Assembly (NCBI GenBank): GCA_041491005.1
Contig: JBGPUE010000010.1
Span: forward strand, 178-64,177
Length of the DNA: 64,000 bases
Direction of reading: 5' to 3'
From: Candidatus Binataceae bacterium
Lineage (GTDB): Bacteria > Desulfobacterota > Binatia > Binatales > Binataceae
Positions 18,503-28,145 of the stretch are shown here, piece after piece. A program made the position numbers and the translations under genes. The notes beneath the pieces were generated by a model. The model worked only from the letters and a program-made list of their open reading frames with translations. It was not told the origin of the DNA and ran no database searches. Numbering within the stretch: position 1 is the first letter of the stretch; the number at the start of each line of letters is the position of its first letter.

Positions 18503-19183
18503 ATGGCGGCGGCAGCATCGAGCACACCATCGCAGATCATCCGGATCAGCGAACGCCAATGGGAACAAATGTCACCCACGATCAAATTAAAGAGTCTGTG
18601 GTCCGATCCCGCAACCAAACGGCGCGCACAGTTAACTCGCTTCGAGCCCGGCGCGGTGTTGCCGATGCATCGTCACATCGGCGACGAACTGCTCTACGTA
18701 ATCGAGGGAGCAATTTCTGACGAGTCCGGGACCGTTCTTGCAGGCAGCGTGGGCTATCGACCCAACGGATGCGTGCATTCGGTAAGCAGCAAGACCGGCG
18801 CTACCGTGTTCGCGATCATCACCGGCGGCATCGAGCCGGCATCCGAAATCGGCAACGCGCCGCGCTCACAAACCCTCGTGCTGAGTGACATAGCGTGGGT
18901 CGACGCGATGGCGGGCGTACGTCAGAAGCCGATTTGGACCGATCGCGAGACGAAGCGGCGAGGCCTTTTGGTGCGCTTTGAACCTGGCGCCAGGCTTCCG
19001 CTTCATCGGCACGTCGGGGACGAACTGATCTTCGTCATCGAAGGCTCAAACGCGGACGAGTCCGGTGAGGTGATGACCGGTGACATGAACTACCGGCCCA
19101 ACGGATGCGTACATAGCGTTATGAGCAGGAATGGCGCGACGGCGCTGGCGCTAGTAACTGGCGGCGTCGAAATGCTCGAATGA
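18503..19183 (+). CDS. Bicupin protein made of two ChrR-like cupin domains
   Basis: 226-aa ORF with an internal duplication: W(S/T)D..TKRR..L.RFEPGA.LP.HRH.GDEL..VIEG...DESG.V..G...YRPNGCVHSV.S..GAT....TGG.E occurs twice. About two thirds of positions are identical in my hand alignment. AAGGAG lies upstream of the ATG. Confidence 0.8.
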   Translation: MAAAASSTPSQIIRISERQWEQMSPTIKLKSLWSDPATKRRAQLTRFEPGAVLPMHRHIGDELLYVIEGAISDESGTVLAGSVGYRPNGCVHSVSSKTGATVFAIITGGIEPASEIGNAPRSQTLVLSDIAWVDAMAGVRQKPIWTDRETKRRGLLVRFEPGARLPLHRHVGDELIFVIEGSNADESGEVMTGDMNYRPNGCVHSVMSRNGATALALVTGGVEMLE

Positions 19184-19197
19184 GCCGATGGCATTGG

Positions 19198-19986
19198 TTA
19201 CGCGTTGCGGATCGTGAGACCTCCATCGACCGGAATGATCGCGCCCGTGAGGTAGGAAGCCGCCGGAAGACATAGGCTGAACGTGATGTGGGCGACCTCC
19301 TCCGGGTAACCGTAGCGCTTCAACGCGGTCCTGCGCTTGCCAAAAATCGTCTTGTGCTCTTCGGGAATCGCGTCAGTCAGTGCCGTCCGAATCGGTCCGG
19401 GGCAAATGCAATTGACCGTGATCCCTTCCGGGCCGAGGTCTACGGCCAATGCACGAGTGAGCCCGATCACCCCGGTCTTGGCAACCACGTAAGGACTGTC
19501 TCCAGGGGTAGCGCCGAGACCTTCGGTCGAGGCGATATTGACGATTCGCGCCGCGTCGGACTTTCTTAGATGTGGAAGCGCCGCCCGGACCAGCTGCTGC
19601 TGCGCCGTCAACAAGCCGGCGATCGTTCTGTCCCAGACTTGATCGTAGTCCTCCGCGTCGAGCGGACGAAAGCCGCCAAATCCGGCGTTGTTGATCAGGA
19701 TGTCGAGTCTGCCGAAGCGATCGGCGATTTCCGCGACGACGCGTTTGATCTCAGCGTGGTCCATCACGTCGAGGCGCCAAGCCTCCGCTCGCCCTCCTTC
19801 CGCTTTGATTTCCTCAACGACCCGCGCGACTCCCGGCTCGTTGATGTCAGTGGCCGCGACGAGCGCGCCTTCCTGAGCGAACACGTGAGCCGTGGCGCGT
19901 CCCATACCGCTCGCCGCGCCTGTAACCATTACTGCACGCCCTTTTACCGAGCGGTCTAGTTTCCTGATCGCGTCCATATCCGTCAT
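19198..19986 (-). CDS. Short-chain dehydrogenase/reductase (SDR)
   Basis: 262-aa ORF with VMVTGAASGMGRATA (TGxxxGxG), NNAG and YVVAKTG (YxxxK). Confidence 0.9.
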   Translation of the reverse strand: MTDMDAIRKLDRSVKGRAVMVTGAASGMGRATAHVFAQEGALVAATDINEPGVARVVEEIKAEGGRAEAWRLDVMDHAEIKRVVAEIADRFGRLDILINNAGFGGFRPLDAEDYDQVWDRTIAGLLTAQQQLVRAALPHLRKSDAARIVNIASTEGLGATPGDSPYVVAKTGVIGLTRALAVDLGPEGITVNCICPGPIRTALTDAIPEEHKTIFGKRRTALKRYGYPEEVAHITFSLCLPAASYLTGAIIPVDGGLTIRNA

Positions 19987-20102
19987 CTCCTCGTTCTGCT
20001 TGAAAAGCCATGGCGCAGAGAAACGCTCGCGTGCCGCAGACGCAGACCCATGCTATCGCGCTGCCGCCGCAGACACTCGACTACCGGTCGTAGAGCTTCT
20101 TC

Positions 20103-21128
20103 TCAACCCGGCTGGGGCCACACCAAGGGGACGCTGGTGGCCAGCCACTTCACAAGAGCCGCATTCACTTCGAGGGGCTTTTCCTGCGCCATCCAGTGGC
20201 TCGTGCGAAGCGTCTCTTCTGTGAGCTTGCGACAGTAGGTGCGCATGGGCTCCGCGAGTCGCGAATGCGTGCATTCGCACACATAGTCGTATTGAGCATT
20301 GAGGAATAAGACCGGCATGTCGAGGTAGCCATCATTGCGGGCTGCTTTTGCGTAGCCAGCATTCGCGGCGTGGTTCATATACCACGATGATGGACCAAAG
20401 AAACCGTTGCGTTCCAGCGCGGAGACATAAACGCTCAAGTCTTCCTCGCTGACAACGTCCTGGTCTCGCGGCAGATCGGGAATCTCGCCACCACCCAGCA
20501 TACCGTGACTGCGACGCGCCGTAGCCGTGATTGCGCGCTGCCCCTCGCCTTCTGGATTCCCCTTGCGGAAGATGAGTTTCATGAACCGGTAGACGTTAGC
20601 ATCCATCGGTGCGATGGCCTCGGCGAAACTCTCTTCGTAATAGCGCATGTAATCCCATTGGCCGGCGGGGAATTCCTTCTCGGGATAGAGATTCCGATCG
20701 ACCAAGGTGAGCGTATGGTCAAGACCACGCTCAATCGTGTAGTACGGAACACACAAGTTCGCGACCGAATTGCAGCGGTCGGGGTGATGACTGGCCATAT
20801 TCCACACGACCGGGCTACCCCAGTCATGTCCTACCCATACGGCTCTGTCTCTTCCGACGGAATCCAGCAACTCCAGCATGTCGCGCACAATATGTTCCTG
20901 TGCGTAGTCGCCGCGTTGACAATAGACGGAAGAACGCCCATAGCCGCGCATGTCGGGCGCGATGGCGCGAAAACCTAACGCAGCAAGGGCTGGAAGTTGA
21001 TGTCGCCAGCTAATGGACAGCTCGGGCCAGCCGTGGATGAAGACAATGAGCGGCCGATTTTCAGGTCCCGCAGCGAGATAGAAGGTAGTATGCCTAGCCG
21101 TTTTGGCCGTGTGCTCTGTGATTGACAC
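20103..21128 (-). CDS. Alpha/beta hydrolase, epoxide hydrolase-like
   Basis: 341-aa ORF with FIHGWPELSISWRHQLPALAALGFRAIAPDMRGYGRSS and the nucleophile motif GHDWGSPVVW, typical of the epoxide hydrolase / haloalkane dehalogenase-like fold. Confidence 0.85.
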   Translation of the reverse strand: MSITEHTAKTARHTTFYLAAGPENRPLIVFIHGWPELSISWRHQLPALAALGFRAIAPDMRGYGRSSVYCQRGDYAQEHIVRDMLELLDSVGRDRAVWVGHDWGSPVVWNMASHHPDRCNSVANLCVPYYTIERGLDHTLTLVDRNLYPEKEFPAGQWDYMRYYEESFAEAIAPMDANVYRFMKLIFRKGNPEGEGQRAITATARRSHGMLGGGEIPDLPRDQDVVSEEDLSVYVSALERNGFFGPSSWYMNHAANAGYAKAARNDGYLDMPVLFLNAQYDYVCECTHSRLAEPMRTYCRKLTEETLRTSHWMAQEKPLEVNAALVKWLATSVPLVWPQPG

Positions 21129-21353
21129 GCTGGTGGCTCCTCTTCATTGGCGATCGTAAGATGCGCCGAACGCTTGAGTTGAAATAGGCTTCACTATTTG
21201 GTGGCGCCACTTCTTGCGCGAGCCGACTGCGTCCCTGGAGGGTTCGTTGGACGCGTTTAGGACGCGGTGGTCGCGGCTTCGATTGTGGATTTCGACAACG
21301 CACTCATCGGATAAATCAGGTATACTTCGCCCGGTGTCTTTGACGCAAAGCAT

Positions 21354-21848
21354 GTGACACCGATCGCGACAGCACAGGGTGATGCCATGGGGGAGCGGGG
21401 TATTTCGGGTAATCTCGGGTTTTGTTGGCTCGCTATAATGATGGTTCTGTTGGTTCAGGGTCGAGCGGCGGCTCAGTGGACCGGCCGCGACGGTTGGGTC
21501 GAAGAGCCCGCTGCCAAATCGCTCAACGTGGAAGGAGACCCGGGTCATGCGTACCTGGACCCCGCGTCCGTCCGCCGCGGCGATGACGGACTGGTATATT
21601 TCAACGAAAGCTCCAACGTGTCCCGACCGGGGGAAATAGGCAACGTGGGTTTAATGAAGGATGCCTACGATTGTGCGAAGAACATCAAGTACATGTGCGT
21701 AGGGGTTGGGGATTGGCGCAACGATCTGAAGAGCACGATCAACGCCGCCAATGACCCCGCTTTGCCAGTTTACCGCAAGTACCTGTGCGGCGACGCGAAA
21801 CCCGGCGAGGACAGCCCGAGCTACCTCCGGGAGCATCAACAGCCGTAG
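21354..21848 (+). CDS. Hypothetical secreted protein
   Basis: 164-aa ORF (the Met at 21387 may be the true start). Signal-like hydrophobic segment LGFCWLAIMMVLLVQGRAAAQ and several Cys in the mature part. I do not recognise a family with confidence. Confidence 0.5.
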   Translation: MTPIATAQGDAMGERGISGNLGFCWLAIMMVLLVQGRAAAQWTGRDGWVEEPAAKSLNVEGDPGHAYLDPASVRRGDDGLVYFNESSNVSRPGEIGNVGLMKDAYDCAKNIKYMCVGVGDWRNDLKSTINAANDPALPVYRKYLCGDAKPGEDSPSYLREHQQP

Positions 21849-21989
21849 GGCCAGATCAGCCGACGGGTATGTATGCGGCTGCGGCACTTGAAGTGTAACG
21901 CGCAACACTTCGCAGCATCCGTCACCTCAGACCTTTACGCCGGCAGTTTGGTGATGCAAAGCTCTCGCAATCAGAAATGAGGAGGGTCC

Positions 21990-22994
21990 ATGGCGTCTAA
22001 AGAGACTTGGCTCGCGCAGGTGCGGGAGGAAATCATCGAGCCGGATCTTCCGATCATCGATCCGCACCATCATCTTTGGGATCATCCCGATGACCGCTAC
22101 ACGCTCGATGAGCTAAGGGCGGATACCAGTAGCGGCCACAACGTCCGTGCGACCGTCTTCGTCGAGTGCATGTCGATGTATCGCGCTGATGGCTCCGCGC
22201 CGCTGAAGCCCGTCGGCGAAACGGAATTCGTCAATGGCATCGCCGCGCAGAGCGCAAGCGGCAACTATGGCGAGATGCGCGCGGCGGCGGGCATCGTGAG
22301 CTTCGCCGATCTGACGCTGGGGACTGCCGTCGACGAGGTGCTCGAAGCGCATCGGTCGGCAGCGCCCGCCCGCTTCCGCGGTATTCGCCACGCGTCGGCC
22401 TTCGATCCGAATCAAGACATCCGCCGATCGCACACTAACCCTCCGCCGGGCCTGCTGGGTCTGCCAAAGTTCCGCGAAGGCTTCGCCCGGCTCGGCTCGT
22501 ACGGGCTCAGCTTCGATGCCTGGCTCTACCATCACCAGATTCCGGAGCTCACCGCACTTGCCCGTGCAAACCCTGAGGTCACGATCATCCTCGACCACTT
22601 CGGGGGGCCTTTGGGCATCGGCCCTTATCAGGGCAAGCGCGGCGAGATCTTCGCACAATGGAAGCTCGACATCACCGAGCTCGCGCGCTGCCGGAATGTC
22701 GTCGCCAAGCTCGGGGGAATCAATATGCCAGTTAGCGGCTTCGCGTGGCACAAGCGCGCGCTGCCGCCCAGCTCCAACGAGCTCGTCGCCGCGACGCGAG
22801 ATTACTATCTGCATGCGATCGATTGCTTCGGGACGGATCGCTGCATGTTCGAGAGCAATTTTCCGGTCGACAAGCTGTCCTGCTCCTACCCAGTGCTATG
22901 GAACGCCTTCAAAAAAATCGCACAGAACTTCAGCTCGAGCGAAAAAGCGTCTCTCTTCCACGAGACCGCAGCGAGGGTCTATCGGCTGCGCTGA
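21990..22994 (+). CDS. Amidohydrolase-2 (TIM-barrel metal-dependent hydrolase) family protein
   Basis: 334-aa ORF with the N-terminal IIDPHHHLWD metal-binding motif, ILDHFGGP and C-terminal FESNFPVD. GAGGAGGG lies upstream of the ATG. Confidence 0.85.
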   Translation: MASKETWLAQVREEIIEPDLPIIDPHHHLWDHPDDRYTLDELRADTSSGHNVRATVFVECMSMYRADGSAPLKPVGETEFVNGIAAQSASGNYGEMRAAAGIVSFADLTLGTAVDEVLEAHRSAAPARFRGIRHASAFDPNQDIRRSHTNPPPGLLGLPKFREGFARLGSYGLSFDAWLYHHQIPELTALARANPEVTIILDHFGGPLGIGPYQGKRGEIFAQWKLDITELARCRNVVAKLGGINMPVSGFAWHKRALPPSSNELVAATRDYYLHAIDCFGTDRCMFESNFPVDKLSCSYPVLWNAFKKIAQNFSSSEKASLFHETAARVYRLR

Positions 22995-23048
22995 ACGGAG
23001 GTGCTGCTTGCGCCGATTCGCAGCACCTCCACTCAACTCGATCATTCC

Positions 23049-23891
23049 TCAGCCCTCGAACGACGGCCCCATGAAGCGAGTTGGCGCAATTGCCTGCGGA
23101 ACGGCGCGGTCTTCAGGGCGCGTGAACGAAGCGCCAACGGTCAACCCGCCATCAACGACGATCGCCTGACCGGTCACGAACTCAGAGTCGTCGCTTGCCA
23201 GGAACAGCGCCGTAGCGGCGATGTCCTCGGGATGCCCGGCGCGCGGAATCGGCTGGCCCTTCGCCAGCCATTCTTCCATCGCTTCCTTCACGCCCGGTTG
23301 GTTGCGATGCAGAATCGGCGTGTTGATTCCGCCTGGGCAGATGCAGTTAACGCGGATCTTGTCCTTGGCGAACTCCAGCGACGCCGACCGCGTGAGGTTC
23401 ACCACGCCAGCCTTTGCGGCGCAGTAAGCGTGCAGGCCTGCGAATCCCCGGATTCCCGCGATCGAAGCTGTTGAAATGATCGATCCGCCGCCTACCTTTC
23501 TCATCTCGGGCACCGAATGCTTGATTCCCAAGAACACGCCGCGTAGCAGGACTGCCTGGCTCCGGTCCCAGTCTTCGACCGAGATTTGCTCCAGCGGCCC
23601 GACCGCGCCACCGATTCCGGCGTTGTTGTAGATGATATCGAGGCGGCCGAATTCCTTGATCGCTCGCGCGACCATCGCCTTGATTTCGGTCTCGGCCGAG
23701 ACGTCGGTTTTCTGGAACACCGCGCGCCCGCCGTTTTCCTTGCACTCGCGGACCGTTCCCTCGCCCCCGTCCTGGTTCAGGTCAGCGATCACTATCGCGG
23801 CGCCTTCGCCAGCGAACCGAATCGCTGTGGCACGCCCCATCCCACTCGCCGCGCCGGTGATCACGGCCACTTTTCCATCGAGTCTGCCCAT
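23049..23891 (-). CDS. Short-chain dehydrogenase/reductase (SDR)
   Basis: 280-aa ORF with VAVITGAASGMGRATA, NNAG and YCAAKAG. Confidence 0.9.
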   Translation of the reverse strand: MGRLDGKVAVITGAASGMGRATAIRFAGEGAAIVIADLNQDGGEGTVRECKENGGRAVFQKTDVSAETEIKAMVARAIKEFGRLDIIYNNAGIGGAVGPLEQISVEDWDRSQAVLLRGVFLGIKHSVPEMRKVGGGSIISTASIAGIRGFAGLHAYCAAKAGVVNLTRSASLEFAKDKIRVNCICPGGINTPILHRNQPGVKEAMEEWLAKGQPIPRAGHPEDIAATALFLASDDSEFVTGQAIVVDGGLTVGASFTRPEDRAVPQAIAPTRFMGPSFEG

Positions 23892-24183
23892 TGCACTTTT
23901 CCTCTGCTTTGGAAGGTTGGATTGTTACGCGATGTCTTAACTAGCAGGCGATGAGGCGAACCGGTTAGCGCCGCGAGCTCTAGGTCTGCTAGTCGCCGCG
24001 CCCGATCTCCCCAATCATTGATTGAAACAGCGGGCGACCCAAAGAACGGAGCGAGTTCCCGGAAAGCGACCGTCGATGGAGGGTCGCGGTTGTGATAGCG
24101 TCGCGCAACACCATGCCCAGGCGCAATCCTGACGGAACGTTTCGGAATCGCCTCCTCTAACGAAACAAGAAACGAGGACAATC

Positions 24184-24636
24184 ATGAAAACAACAGATGA
24201 ACTGGTAATCGAGCTTGCTGATCGCGAAGCGATTCGTGAACTGCCCGTGCGCTATTGCGATTGTGTTTGGCAAAACGATCTCAAGACGATGGTCGAGCTT
24301 TTCGCCGAGGATGGGACATTTGTCGTAAAGGGACGTGAGCGAGAGGCGACGACCAAAGGACGCGCCGAACTTCGCAAGATGTACGAGCGGGCACTCGGTG
24401 AAGTGTCGCCGCGCCCTTATATCCACAACCATGTTGTGAATCTGCAGAGCAAAACCAAGGCGACTGGCAGATGCTACGTGGAACTGCGCAGCGCTGCGCG
24501 TGAGATGGAATGGATTGGAACTGGCTATTACGACGACGAGTACGTGAAAGTCGGTGATCAGTGGAAGTTCGCGACGCGACGCTTTACTAGTATCAGGATC
24601 CCGACCCCGCCTGCCAAAAGCGCAAGCAAATCGTAG
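24184..24636 (+). CDS. SnoaL-like / NTF2-fold protein
   Basis: 150-aa ORF. ADREAIRELPVRYCDCVWQNDLKTMVELFAEDGTF is the typical N-terminal helix pattern of SnoaL_4/NTF2-like proteins. It is a paralogue of the ORF at 47859-48332. Confidence 0.75.
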   Translation: MKTTDELVIELADREAIRELPVRYCDCVWQNDLKTMVELFAEDGTFVVKGREREATTKGRAELRKMYERALGEVSPRPYIHNHVVNLQSKTKATGRCYVELRSAAREMEWIGTGYYDDEYVKVGDQWKFATRRFTSIRIPTPPAKSASKS

Positions 24637-24821
24637 CTCAGAGACGGACGTCTTTGTACCGGCTCGGGCGCGAATTCCAAGATTTGGTTCAGCGAAGTCT
24701 CATGAGGTCTGGCCTTTGAGCTGGCTCATAGTTCACGATCGTCGCTATCGACTTGTTTCGGCGCTAACCTGTATAAGGCGCATAGCCCGGCTGGCTGCCG
24801 CCATTCGACCCGGCGGCGGAA

Positions 24822-25658
24822 TTGGCCAAGGGAGCGGTGAACTTGATTTTGAAAGATTCTGTCTATCGCGAAAAGCTCTATCGCGCATATCTCGATTTCT
24901 TCAAATCGGCCGAGACCAAACGGCGATGGAATGTCTTCGATGACGTTCCATGGGACCGGCTCGACCCTTCCAGGGCAAGCGAACAGACCCTGCAGGGAGT
25001 GGAACACGCCTGTGCCGAGGAGCTCTATCTCCCGGACTATGGTTCCAAAGTGATGCATCTTTTGCGCTCTTCATTCGGTGAGGCCTGGTTCTGGGCCAAT
25101 TGGTGCTACGAAGAATCCAAGCATGGCCTCGCCTTGCGCGAATACATGGTTCGTTCGGGTTATCGTTCAAGTGAAGGGATGGCTGAATTCGAGGACGTCC
25201 TCTCATCGGTTCAATGGGAACTGCCCTTCACAAAAATCCGCCAGATGACCTGCTACGGCGCGCTCCAGGAAGCCGCGACCTATCTCGGCTACAAAATCCT
25301 CCGAGACCGGGTAATCGCAGCCGACGACCAGCTGCTTGAAGCGATCTTCTCCTTCATCGGCCGCGACGAAGCCGCTCACGCCGGTTTCTACCGAACGCTC
25401 ATGGCGATCGATATGGAACAGGATCGCGAAGGAACCATGGCCGATATGGCGTTCGTCATCCCGCGGTTCAAGATGCCGGGTGATGGCCTCATCCCGGGCT
25501 ACAGCGAAAGGCTCGTTGCCTCTGGCCTGGCGCATGACACCCGCTGGTATGTTGAGAAGGTCGTCATGCCGACCCTCAAATCCGCGGGTACGAGCTGGGA
25601 GGAATTGAGGGCTCACTCTCGCAAGCGGCTGTCCGACCGCACCGTCGCGCGCGCCTGA
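24822..25658 (+). CDS. Soluble diiron acyl-ACP desaturase-like (ferritin-like) protein
   Basis: 278-aa ORF (TTG start as listed). It has paired carboxylate/His diiron motifs YEESKHGLALREY and GRDEAAHAGFY plus LQEAATY, as in DesA-type soluble desaturases. Confidence 0.8.
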   Translation: MAKGAVNLILKDSVYREKLYRAYLDFFKSAETKRRWNVFDDVPWDRLDPSRASEQTLQGVEHACAEELYLPDYGSKVMHLLRSSFGEAWFWANWCYEESKHGLALREYMVRSGYRSSEGMAEFEDVLSSVQWELPFTKIRQMTCYGALQEAATYLGYKILRDRVIAADDQLLEAIFSFIGRDEAAHAGFYRTLMAIDMEQDREGTMADMAFVIPRFKMPGDGLIPGYSERLVASGLAHDTRWYVEKVVMPTLKSAGTSWEELRAHSRKRLSDRTVARA

Positions 25659-25791
25659 CCCTCTGGTAGCATTCCGAGCGTCGCAGAATTCAAGGCAGAG
25701 ACCTCCAAACAGTCAGCACCGAGACTCTTCCAGCGTTGAAGCAACGACGATTTTGCGCTTGAACGGGGGCTACGCTACGCTTTGTGCTGCC

Positions 25792-26139
25792 ATGAAGAAG
25801 GTACTGATGGTCTGCACAGGAAACTTGGATAGGAGTCCGACTGCCGCGGTGGTGCTGGCGCAAATGCGCGTCCCGATGTGGGTGACCTCGGCCGGCACTG
25901 AGCCTTGGGCGCACAATCAGCTCACCCTCGAACTGGTCGAAGAGGCAGACGTGATTTGCGTGATGGAGGAGGCCCATCGGCGCTTCATCCGCGACCGGTT
26001 CGGCGATTCTCATGAGGCCAAGGTCGTCGTGCTCGACATTTCCGACAACTACATCAGCGGCGAGGATGCGCTCATACATCTGCTTCGCCCGAAATTGCTT
26101 GCCGCGCTGGGCTTGTCGGGTACGCGCCAGAACCCCTAA
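25792..26139 (+). CDS. Low-molecular-weight phosphotyrosine phosphatase / arsenate-reductase-fold protein
   Basis: P-loop VLMVCTGNLDRSP (CX5R-S) lies directly after the Met at 25792. The listed ORF start at 25753 is probably an upstream extension. Confidence 0.75.
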   Translation: MKKVLMVCTGNLDRSPTAAVVLAQMRVPMWVTSAGTEPWAHNQLTLELVEEADVICVMEEAHRRFIRDRFGDSHEAKVVVLDISDNYISGEDALIHLLRPKLLAALGLSGTRQNP

Positions 26140-26273
26140 TAGGGCTGAAATCGCCGCTCTCCGGACCGAGACGCACGGCACAATCGAGCGAACCGGAGCT
26201 AGCTGCGATGTGATTGTGCGCGCCTGAGCGACAGGCCTTGGCAAAGAACGATACTGCGAGAGGACAATGAGCC

Positions 26274-27245
26274 ATGGAAAAGAGGAAACTTGGCAGCCAA
26301 GGACTGGAAGTGTCGGAACTGGGCCTTGGATGCATGGGGATGTCGCAATTCTACGGTCCACGTGACGACAAGGAATCGCGTGCGACGATCGAACGGGCGG
26401 TCGAGCTCGGTATCAATTTCTTCGACACCGCGGACGTTTACGGCGCCGGTCACAATGAAGAGCTGGTCGGCGAAGCGCTGAAAAAACACCGCGCCAAGGT
26501 GATCATCGCGACCAAGTTCGGGAATCAGGTCCTCCCCGACGGCAAACGCGCGATCAACGGCAAGCCGGATTACGTGCGCTCCGCCTGCGAAGGATCGCTG
26601 AAGCGGCTCGGCGCCGATTACATCGATCTTTATTACCAACATCGGGTGGACAAGAAAGTGCCGATCGAGGAGACCGTTGGCGCGATGGCGGAGCTTGTGC
26701 GCCAGGGAAAGGTCCGCTACCTGGGCCTGTCGGAGGCGGGGGCGAAAACGATTCGCCGGGCCCACATGACGCATCCGATTACCGCGCTTCAGTCGGAATA
26801 CTCGCTGTGGACGCGCGACTACGAGGACGAGGTGATTCCGACCCTTCGCGAACTCGGGATCGGATTCGTTCCGTTCAGCCCGCTGGGGCGCGGGTTCCTG
26901 AGTGGAAATATACGCGACCTGCCCGCTGACGATATGCGAGTACGCATTTCGCCGCGCTTCGAGCGCGAGAATATGGAACGGAATCTCAAGGTCGTCGATC
27001 GCATCAAGGAAATTGCGAACGAGAAGGGAATCACCCCAAGCCAACTCGCGCTCGCCTGGGTGCTTTCACAAGGAAGGGACCTGGTCCCGATTCCCGGCAC
27101 CAAGCGTCGCCGCTATCTGGAAGAGAATGCTGCGGCGACCAGGATCGAGCTATCGAAGAGCGACCTGGCGCGAATCGAGGAAGTCGCGCCGAAGGGCTTC
27201 GCAGCCGGAGGACGTTACCATGATATGAGCACCGTGAACGTTTGA
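26274..27245 (+). CDS. Aldo/keto reductase
   Basis: 323-aa ORF with [36 protein letters not shown] and [13 protein letters not shown]. Confidence 0.9.
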   Translation: MEKRKLGSQGLEVSELGLGCMGMSQFYGPRDDKESRATIERAVELGINFFDTADVYGAGHNEELVGEALKKHRAKVIIATKFGNQVLPDGKRAINGKPDYVRSACEGSLKRLGADYIDLYYQHRVDKKVPIEETVGAMAELVRQGKVRYLGLSEAGAKTIRRAHMTHPITALQSEYSLWTRDYEDEVIPTLRELGIGFVPFSPLGRGFLSGNIRDLPADDMRVRISPRFERENMERNLKVVDRIKEIANEKGITPSQLALAWVLSQGRDLVPIPGTKRRRYLEENAAATRIELSKSDLARIEEVAPKGFAAGGRYHDMSTVNV

Positions 27246-27354
27246 GCCTGGTGAAGCTGAACCCTTCCAGCGGAAGGCCCGCCGGCCCGCAACGATTCGG
27301 CTGCGTACGCCTTCTGAGCACCCGCACGGATCGCTGGCGGGATAAAAGTGCCGG

Positions 27355-27999
27355 TCAGGTCGGCGGTGGAAAACATGGCAGCGTGTGGGTCAACGCATAC
27401 TGATACACGCGGCCACTCCAGTTGAAGGTTCCGACTGCTGTACCAAAATTGGTAGTCAAGGCGGCGATGCGCTCTTGCTCGGCCAGAGACTCAGATTTCG
27501 CCGGCGCATATGCCAGGTAGTCGATTTCCGTGCCGGAGAGTGCGCCGTCAAGCGGCGGTGCGAAATTCATCTGCAAAAAATTCACCGCCGGACGCCAGCC
27601 ATCAGCGGCCGTGTCACTGTCGACTACCGTCATCCAGCGCCCATCGTCGAGCGAACCGCCCAGGCTAAGTTCACGGTATTCCGGGACCCCGGCGGCATTC
27701 TTGTGCAGTTCAATCACACCCGGAACCTCGACTTGGAGCTGTTCGCAGCGATCCCGGCGATCCCCCTCGTCTTCACCGGGGCGGAGGTCTTCGTGCGGAG
27801 GCGCGGAGCCGTGATGCGCGAGCATGACCGCCCCCTCGACCGTACGGACGACAGCACTCAAGGCGACTGGCGCGAGTTGGATTGCAGCGTACCAGCATCC
27901 GCTCAGGCCGATCATTGCCGCCCCCGCGAGAAGCACGAGGAGTATCGTAGAACGATTTGACTTCAGACGCTCGATACCGCCTCCAACCTGCTCCGCCAC
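27355..27999 (-). CDS. Hypothetical lipoprotein
   Basis: 214-aa ORF with a lipobox-like LLVLLAGAAMIGLSGC. No family recognised. Confidence 0.55.
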   Translation of the reverse strand: MAEQVGGGIERLKSNRSTILLVLLAGAAMIGLSGCWYAAIQLAPVALSAVVRTVEGAVMLAHHGSAPPHEDLRPGEDEGDRRDRCEQLQVEVPGVIELHKNAAGVPEYRELSLGGSLDDGRWMTVVDSDTAADGWRPAVNFLQMNFAPPLDGALSGTEIDYLAYAPAKSESLAEQERIAALTTNFGTAVGTFNWSGRVYQYALTHTLPCFPPPT

Positions 28000-28145
28000 A
28001 CAACCACTTTCGCGGCTATCCGCCAGCCTAGCACGCGCGCGAACGCCAAACTGCTGCGAAACGAACGAGCAGCACAGCCGCTATCGACGGAAAAGATTCC
28101 CTCGGCTATCTGAAATGAAGTAGAGAAACTTGGGAGATTAGTAGT

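Noticed and set aside
21198-21216. TGGCGCCACTTCTTGCG upstream of the hypothetical secreted protein, and the 10-bp palindrome GTGGCGCCAC.
   Set aside because: The -24/-12 spacing is one nucleotide too long. Perfect 10-bp palindromes are expected by chance dozens of times in 64 kb of this composition.
24012-24024. An AT-rich palindrome CAATCA-T-TGATTG between the divergent SDR and SnoaL genes. Also the inverted repeat AATATCG...CGATATT flanking CTGCGCAG at 32001-32046 upstream of the ACAD-like monooxygenase.
   Set aside because: These are plausible operator shapes, but palindromes of this length are expected many times by chance in 64 kb and no regulator gene is adjacent. They are not reportable without conservation data.
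28000-28145. A possible Mg2+ riboswitch (M-box) or mgtL-type leader upstream of mgtA.
   Set aside because: I could not identify conserved M-box helices or a Pro-rich leader peptide by eye. A covariance-model scan would be needed, so no claim is made.
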